Below are positions 59,091 through 64,000 of a DNA stretch of 64,000 nucleotides, piece after piece (position 1 is the first letter of the stretch; the number at the start of each line of letters is the position of its first letter). The position numbers and the translations under genes were made by a program. Source of the DNA: Patescibacteria group bacterium (lineage in GTDB: Bacteria > Patescibacteriota > Patescibacteriia > Patescibacteriales > UBA12465); contig JBMNFW010000001.1 in the NCBI GenBank assembly GCA_050949525.1, positions 143,890 through 207,889 of the forward strand, read 5' to 3'. The notes under the pieces were generated by a model. It saw only the letters and a program-made list of their open reading frames with translations. It searched no databases and was not told where the DNA came from.

Positions 59091-59912
59091 ATGGAAGAAA
59101 AATGTGTAAATATTTTTAAAATTGTTCTTGAAGAAGCTGACCTTGATCATTATCAGTTCCAAAAGCTTTTGAAAAATGAGAAGGAGCTTCACCTCAGAAT
59201 CACGAAAGTTATCCAGGAGCTCTCTGGTGATAATAAGTATATTGATGAGGAGGTTACATCTCTTCTAGAATACTTTTCTGGCTATAAGCCGAAAAGTATA
59301 ATGGAGCAAATTAATATTTTGATTAATTTTTTTCCTAACATTAATTTTAATAATTTTGAAAAATTAATAAAAGGAAAAAAACTCCCAGCAGGAGCTGAGG
59401 GATGGTTTATTATTCCTCATTGGAAAACTATTGCTTCATCTTACAATGAAGCGGTGTGTAAGATTTTGGAATTAATTAAGAAATCTTGGAATAATGGCTT
59501 TCTTAATCAATGCGGGAAATTAGATTACCTTTCCCGGTCTGAAAAAACTGCTGAAATTCTAGAAAAGATAAATAATGAGCAAGGTAATAAAGCTTTTATG
59601 ATTATTCCGGCTCAATTAGGCCTTCGTCATCGCGGACGTAGCCCTAATAGAGCTCATGAAATTATGAGTCCTAGAGAGTTTGGGCTTGGGGCTTTTGAGG
59701 TGGGGTCTATGCTTTTAACCCACAAGGAAAGATTAAGTCATTTTAATGACTTATATATTGATTGCTCGGGAGATGTTTATCTTTTTGAGCCAGAAGATAA
59801 ATTCAAAAAAGCACCATTTTTTCAATTTGTTAATCAACAAATTGAATTTGGGGCGCGTTGGTATAGCTATACCAGCCCCTTTTATGGAACAGCCTCAGCT
59901 TTCACTTTTTAA
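59091..59912 (+). CDS. hypothetical protein (273 aa)
   Basis: Clean ORF with no TM segment and no motif I recognise. Conserved-looking patch: IIPAQLGLRHRGRSPNRAHEIMSPREFGLGAFEVGSMLLTH. Confidence 0.6.
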   Translation: MEEKCVNIFKIVLEEADLDHYQFQKLLKNEKELHLRITKVIQELSGDNKYIDEEVTSLLEYFSGYKPKSIMEQINILINFFPNINFNNFEKLIKGKKLPAGAEGWFIIPHWKTIASSYNEAVCKILELIKKSWNNGFLNQCGKLDYLSRSEKTAEILEKINNEQGNKAFMIIPAQLGLRHRGRSPNRAHEIMSPREFGLGAFEVGSMLLTHKERLSHFNDLYIDCSGDVYLFEPEDKFKKAPFFQFVNQQIEFGARWYSYTSPFYGTASAFTF

Positions 59913-59953
59913 ATAAAAATATTGGGGGTATCTATTAACATGGTGCCCTTTTT

Positions 59954-60184
59954 TTATTTCTTTTCAATCTTAAAGTTTTTTTGTAAATAAAGAAGATCTT
60001 CCTCGAGTTGCTTTAGAGTTTTTTTTAGAGTGTCGGGATTTTGAATAGCAAAATCCTCTTGTAGTAGCTTAACTATCGTAGCTAAAGTTCCGAAGTAATC
60101 ATTTTTTTTCACATGAAAATCAACTGTTTCTTTATCTTTAATAAAAGATAAACCCAAACCTGATTGTAATTGATATTGGGACAT
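59954..60184 (-). CDS. hypothetical small helical protein (76 aa)
   Basis: ORF 4 nt downstream of radC on the same strand. No recognisable motif. Confidence 0.45.
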   Translation of the reverse strand: MSQYQLQSGLGLSFIKDKETVDFHVKKNDYFGTLATIVKLLQEDFAIQNPDTLKKTLKQLEEDLLYLQKNFKIEKK

Positions 60185-60188
60185 AAAT

Positions 60189-60905
60189 TTAAACTAGACT
60201 GATGAATTTATTTTTAGAAATAATTAAGTGATCCAGCAGTTCGATACCTAGTAATTCTCCAGCTTTTTGTAGTTTAGCTGTTACTTCTAAATCTTCCGGG
60301 CTAGCCTTTAAAGTTCCAGAAGGATGGTTATGAGCCACAATAACAGCGCTAGTGCCATGTTCAATAGCTGGACGAAAAACTTCTCGCGGATGGATAATAC
60401 TGGTATCAACAGTTCCAATAGAGATAGTTTCACTGTGAATTAATTTATAGCGACTGTTTAAATAAAGTCCCTTGAAATTTTCTTTTTTAGATTGACTAAT
60501 ATCTTTAAGAAAATTAAAAGCTTGTTTAGCATTTCTGATTATAGTAGTGCCTTCTTGGCTCTCCTTAAAGAAGCGTTTTCCTAATTCAAAACAGGCTACT
60601 ATTTGGCAGGCTTTAACTAAAGGAAGAGAAAATTCTTTTTCTAAACGTTGTGGATTTTTTTCATTAATAATAGCATTCGGACCGTATTCTTTTAAGACTC
60701 TATTAGCCATACTTAGAACATCTTCTTTTTTGGTACCAGTATTCAGGACCAGAGCTAGAAGTTCTGATGATGATAAAGATTCAACTCCTAGTTTTAATAA
60801 TTTCTCTCGCGGCCGATCTTCTAGAGGACAATCTTTAATGGTTAATATTTTATATTGTTTATTAGGATTTATAATAATATTATTACTTTTGATTTGATAA
60901 GACAT
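60189..60905 (-). CDS. radC: RadC-family JAB/MPN-domain protein (UPF0758)
   Basis: 238 aa. N-terminal helix-hairpin-helix region (LGVESLSSSELLALVLNTG) and the JAMM motif AHNHPSGTLKASPEDLEVT. Confidence 0.88.
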   Translation of the reverse strand: MSYQIKSNNIIINPNKQYKILTIKDCPLEDRPREKLLKLGVESLSSSELLALVLNTGTKKEDVLSMANRVLKEYGPNAIINEKNPQRLEKEFSLPLVKACQIVACFELGKRFFKESQEGTTIIRNAKQAFNFLKDISQSKKENFKGLYLNSRYKLIHSETISIGTVDTSIIHPREVFRPAIEHGTSAVIVAHNHPSGTLKASPEDLEVTAKLQKAGELLGIELLDHLIISKNKFISLV

Positions 60906-60947
60906 ATTTTTTTCTTATTTTATTATATTTTAATTATAGCAAATATA

Positions 60948-60956
60948 TGCTAGAAT
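60948..60956 (+). promoter_or_regulatory. extended -10 (TGcTAGAAT)
   Basis: TG at 60948-60949 and TAGAAT at 60951-60956, upstream of the M16 peptidase gene. Confidence 0.4.
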
Positions 60957-60985
60957 CAAAATAAATTAATTAACATTTTAAAATT

Positions 60986-62257
60986 ATGAAATTAAAAGAA
61001 ATTAAATTGGAGAATAAGCTCCCAGTTTTTTTAATTAGATTACCTCAATCTAAAACTGCTACTGTGTTAGTGATGTATAAAACCGGATCAAAGTATGAGA
61101 CCCGTCAAAACTCTGGTTTATCTCATTTTTTAGAACATATGTTTTTTAAGGGAACTGAAAAAAGACCTAATACTTTAAGTATATCAGCTGAACTTGATTC
61201 TATTGGTTCTGAATTTAATGCTTTTACTGGTAAGGAGTGTACTGGGTATTATGTTAAGGCAGCTCGGGATAAAATGCCGATCGCTATTGATGTTTTAAGT
61301 GATATGTTGCTTAATTCTAAGTTTGATTCAGAGGAAATCGAACGAGAACGAGGAGTTATTATGGAGGAAATGAAAATGTATGAAGACAATCCTCATATGA
61401 GTGTTCAGGATCTTTTAGAGAATTGTCTTTATGGTGATACTCCGGCTGGTTGGGATACTATTGGCTTTGCTAAAAATATTAAATCTTTACAACGAGAAGA
61501 TTTTATTAAATATTTTGAAAGTCAATATGGTACTAAAAGTGCGGCCGTTTTCTTGGCTGGTAATTTTACTGAAACTGAAGTTAAGAAATTATTTAAAGAT
61601 AATTTATCTCAGATGGGAAAGAATAATTATCAAGATAAACTTAAGGTGGTTGAGAAACAGAGTAAACCAGCTTTAAAAATCAAGCCAAAAAAGACTGATC
61701 AGGTGGCAATGTCTTTAGGCTTTAGAGCTTTTTCAGCTAATCATAAGGATAAACCAGTTTTAAAATTATTATCTAGTATTTTAGGTGGATCAATGAGTTC
61801 TCGTCTTTTTATTGAATTACGAGAACGTCGTGGTTTAGCTTATTTTGTTCGATCTTCAACTCAGTTTTATACTGATAGTGGATATATTAGCGTTTCAGCT
61901 GGAGTTCCTCGGGATAAGGTTGAGGAGGCAATTAAGGTTATTTTGAATGAATTTTCTCGATTAAAAATCGAATTAGTTTCTCCAGCTGAATTAAAAAAGG
62001 CTAAAGATCTTTTAAGTGGTCGTTTAGTGGTAAGCATGGAAACCAGTGATAGTTTTAGTTCTTGGTATGGTCATCAGTTTATAGATTGTGCTAAATTTCT
62101 TTCACCAGCTGAAGCTTTACGACAAATAAAGCAAGTATCAGCTTTAGATATTCAAAAATTAGCTAAAAAATTATTCATTAATGAGTCTTTAAATTTGGCT
62201 TTGATTGGTAATATTAAAGATGAGAATAGTATTAAGAAGGCTTTGAAATTAAAATAA
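60986..62257 (+). CDS. M16-family (pitrilysin-type) zinc peptidase
   Basis: 423 aa with the inverted zinc motif HFLEHMFFKGT (HxxEH) and a downstream Glu region. Confidence 0.88.
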   Translation: MKLKEIKLENKLPVFLIRLPQSKTATVLVMYKTGSKYETRQNSGLSHFLEHMFFKGTEKRPNTLSISAELDSIGSEFNAFTGKECTGYYVKAARDKMPIAIDVLSDMLLNSKFDSEEIERERGVIMEEMKMYEDNPHMSVQDLLENCLYGDTPAGWDTIGFAKNIKSLQREDFIKYFESQYGTKSAAVFLAGNFTETEVKKLFKDNLSQMGKNNYQDKLKVVEKQSKPALKIKPKKTDQVAMSLGFRAFSANHKDKPVLKLLSSILGGSMSSRLFIELRERRGLAYFVRSSTQFYTDSGYISVSAGVPRDKVEEAIKVILNEFSRLKIELVSPAELKKAKDLLSGRLVVSMETSDSFSSWYGHQFIDCAKFLSPAEALRQIKQVSALDIQKLAKKLFINESLNLALIGNIKDENSIKKALKLK

Positions 62258-64000
62258 ATGAAAGAAAATTTAAAAAAATTAAATTCAAGACAACTTCAAG
62301 CTGTTCAGCATCAGGATGGTCCATTGCTAGTGGTTGCAGGAGCTGGTACTGGAAAAACTACGGTTTTAATTAATCGTTTAGCTTATTTAGTTTTAGAAAA
62401 GGGCGTTAAAACAGATGAAATAATTTTAACTACTTTCACTGAGAAATCAGCTCAAGAAATGATTGAACGAGCTGATAAAATATTACCTTATGGTTATTTA
62501 GATTTATGGATTAGTACTTTTCATGGTTTGGGGGAGAGGATTTTACGGCAACATGGAATTGATATTGGCCTAGATTCTGATTTTAAATTAATTGATAGTA
62601 CTGCGCAATGGGTTTTTTTAAAGAAGAATATTCACAGTCTTAATTTAAAATATTATCATAGTGCTGGTAATCCGAATAAATTTATTGGAGATTTAATTAG
62701 TCATTTCTCTCGTCTTAAGGATGAAAATATTAGTAGTGCTGAGTATATAGATCAGGCTGAGAAGATATCTAAAATGGCGGTGGGGCCAGAAGAGGAGATG
62801 GAGGCTAGTAGAATTAAAGAATTATCTCAGGCTTATACTAAGTATAATCAATTATTATTGGAAAATAATTTTTTAGATTTCGGTGATTTGATTACTTATT
62901 CTATTAAGCTCTTTAAAGAGCGACCTAATATTTTAAAAATTTATCAGGATAAATTTAAATATCTAATGGTTGATGAGTTTCAGGATACTAATTATGCTCA
63001 ATATGAGTTAATTAAAATTTTAGCGGGAAAGTCAGAAAATTTAATGGTAGTAGGTGATGATGATCAGTCGATTTATAAGTTTCGGGGGGCCTCTTTATCT
63101 AATATTATGCAATTTAAGGATGATTATCCAAAAAGTCAGGAGATTATATTAAACGATAATTATCGCTCTCGTCCTGAGATTTTAAAATGTGCTCATTCCT
63201 TTATTAGGCATAATGATCCTAATCGTTTAGAGTTTAAACTGAAGATTGATAAAAAACTTAATTCAGCTTTAAAATTCTCTAATCCTCGCCCGGCTATTAG
63301 TGGTCATAGTTTTTTGAATCAATCGGATGAGTTAAGTTTTGTGGCCGCTCAGATTAAAGCTATTCATCAGGAAGAACCTGATACTAGTTGGTTAGATTTT
63401 GCTATTCTAACTCGAACTAATAAAGTGGCAGAAGATTTTTCGACTGAGCTTAATCGTTTAGGTATACCTAATCATTTTGTTTCTTTAAAGGGTTTGTATT
63501 ATAAGCCGATAATTTTAGACATTATCTCTTATTTTAAACTCTTAGATAATTATAAAGAATCCTCCGCTTTATATCGAGTTTTAAATATGGAGGAATTTAA
63601 AATTCCTAATATTGACTTAATAAATTTAATTTCTTTTGCTAATAAAAAATATTATTCATTGTTTGAGGCTTTAAAGAATGCGGATAAAGTGCCAAATCTT
63701 AGTTCCGAGGCTTTTGCTCCGATTAATAAGCTATTAAAATTAATTGAAGAACACCTTCCACTAGCCAGTGAAAAAAATCCTAGTTATGTTTTTATTAAAT
63801 TTATTAATGATAGTCAGATTTTAAAAAATTTAAATCATGAAAAAGATCGGGAAATTTTTTCTTATATCAATCAATTTTATCAGAAAATAAAACGTTTTGA
63901 GGAATTAGGGCCTGATTTAAGATTAAGGGATTTTATGGAAACCCTAGATTTAGAATTAGAGGCTGGGGATCTTGGATCGTTGAAAAATGATTTTGCTGAT
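62258..64000 (+). CDS. UvrD/PcrA/Rep-family (SF1A) DNA helicase, 3' partial
   Basis: Missing from the ORF track because it is open at the window end. My translation from ATG 62258 gives MKENLKKLNSRQLQAVQHQDGPLLVVAGAGTGKTTVLINRLAYL... (Walker A), TFHGLGERILR, MVDEFQDTNYAQYELIK, VVGDDDQSIYKFRGA, NYRSRPEIL. The frame is open for 581 codons. Confidence 0.88.
   Translation, partial: MKENLKKLNSRQLQAVQHQDGPLLVVAGAGTGKTTVLINRLAYLVLEKGVKTDEIILTTFTEKSAQEMIERADKILPYGYLDLWISTFHGLGERILRQHGIDIGLDSDFKLIDSTAQWVFLKKNIHSLNLKYYHSAGNPNKFIGDLISHFSRLKDENISSAEYIDQAEKISKMAVGPEEEMEASRIKELSQAYTKYNQLLLENNFLDFGDLITYSIKLFKERPNILKIYQDKFKYLMVDEFQDTNYAQYELIKILAGKSENLMVVGDDDQSIYKFRGASLSNIMQFKDDYPKSQEIILNDNYRSRPEILKCAHSFIRHNDPNRLEFKLKIDKKLNSALKFSNPRPAISGHSFLNQSDELSFVAAQIKAIHQEEPDTSWLDFAILTRTNKVAEDFSTELNRLGIPNHFVSLKGLYYKPIILDIISYFKLLDNYKESSALYRVLNMEEFKIPNIDLINLISFANKKYYSLFEALKNADKVPNLSSEAFAPINKLLKLIEEHLPLASEKNPSYVFIKFINDSQILKNLNHEKDREIFSYINQFYQKIKRFEELGPDLRLRDFMETLDLELEAGDLGSLKNDFAD

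Noticed and set aside
59954-60905. RadC plus a small downstream ORF as a toxin-antitoxin or anti-defence pair
   Set aside because: This RadC has the full N-terminal helix-hairpin-helix region of the housekeeping UPF0758 form, not the short mobile-element form. The 76-aa ORF has no recognisable toxin or antitoxin features. Noted only as context in the orphan-patch finding.

Overview
AT-rich (about one-third GC by eye), gene-dense bacterial chromosome segment. It reads cleanly with the standard bacterial code; TGA is used as a stop, e.g. 10314-10316. By inference it comes from a Candidate Phyla Radiation / Patescibacteria-like organism: streamlined housekeeping genes, a T4SS-pilin-like small secreted protein, an LTD surface protein, a ComEC-type MBL domain as a stand-alone gene, an expanded 16S V1, and almost no Shine-Dalgarno motifs.

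Core content:
- Transcription, translation and RNA processing: nusA, tig, smpB followed by tmRNA, tRNA-Leu(UAA), tRNA-Gly(GCC), infC-rpmI-rplT-secG, RNase J, rpsA, rpmF-nusB-rnc, tyrS-argS-glyQS.
- Other housekeeping: membrane pyrophosphatase, ftsH, ndk, gyrA, rmuC, radC, an M16 peptidase and a partial UvrD-like helicase.
- One rRNA operon in the unusual order 23S-5S-16S.

Things worth a second look:
1. A 1006-aa tandem-fused double PilB/GspE ATPase, in a tight operon with a translin-like protein.
2. The permuted rRNA operon with a terminator/antiterminator-like leader.
3. Two 1089-bp IS481-like copies. One has both N-terminal Trp codons changed TGG->TGA. Both sit 3 nt upstream of a -35 box.
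4. A membrane-tethered protein made of about 22 G-[YF]-[DN]-x-x pentapeptide units, lying between tig and smpB.
5. A four-gene orphan island (46.9-50.4 kb) in which every gene has its own near-consensus promoter.
6. A tight PLD / UvrA-lacking-the-UvrB-binding-domain / patatin cluster.
7. A second orphan patch (58.0-60.2 kb) with a DHH-like protein and a long leader hairpin.

No CRISPR array, reverse transcriptase, phage integrase or rRNA intron was seen. All function calls rest on motif recognition by eye; no database search was run.
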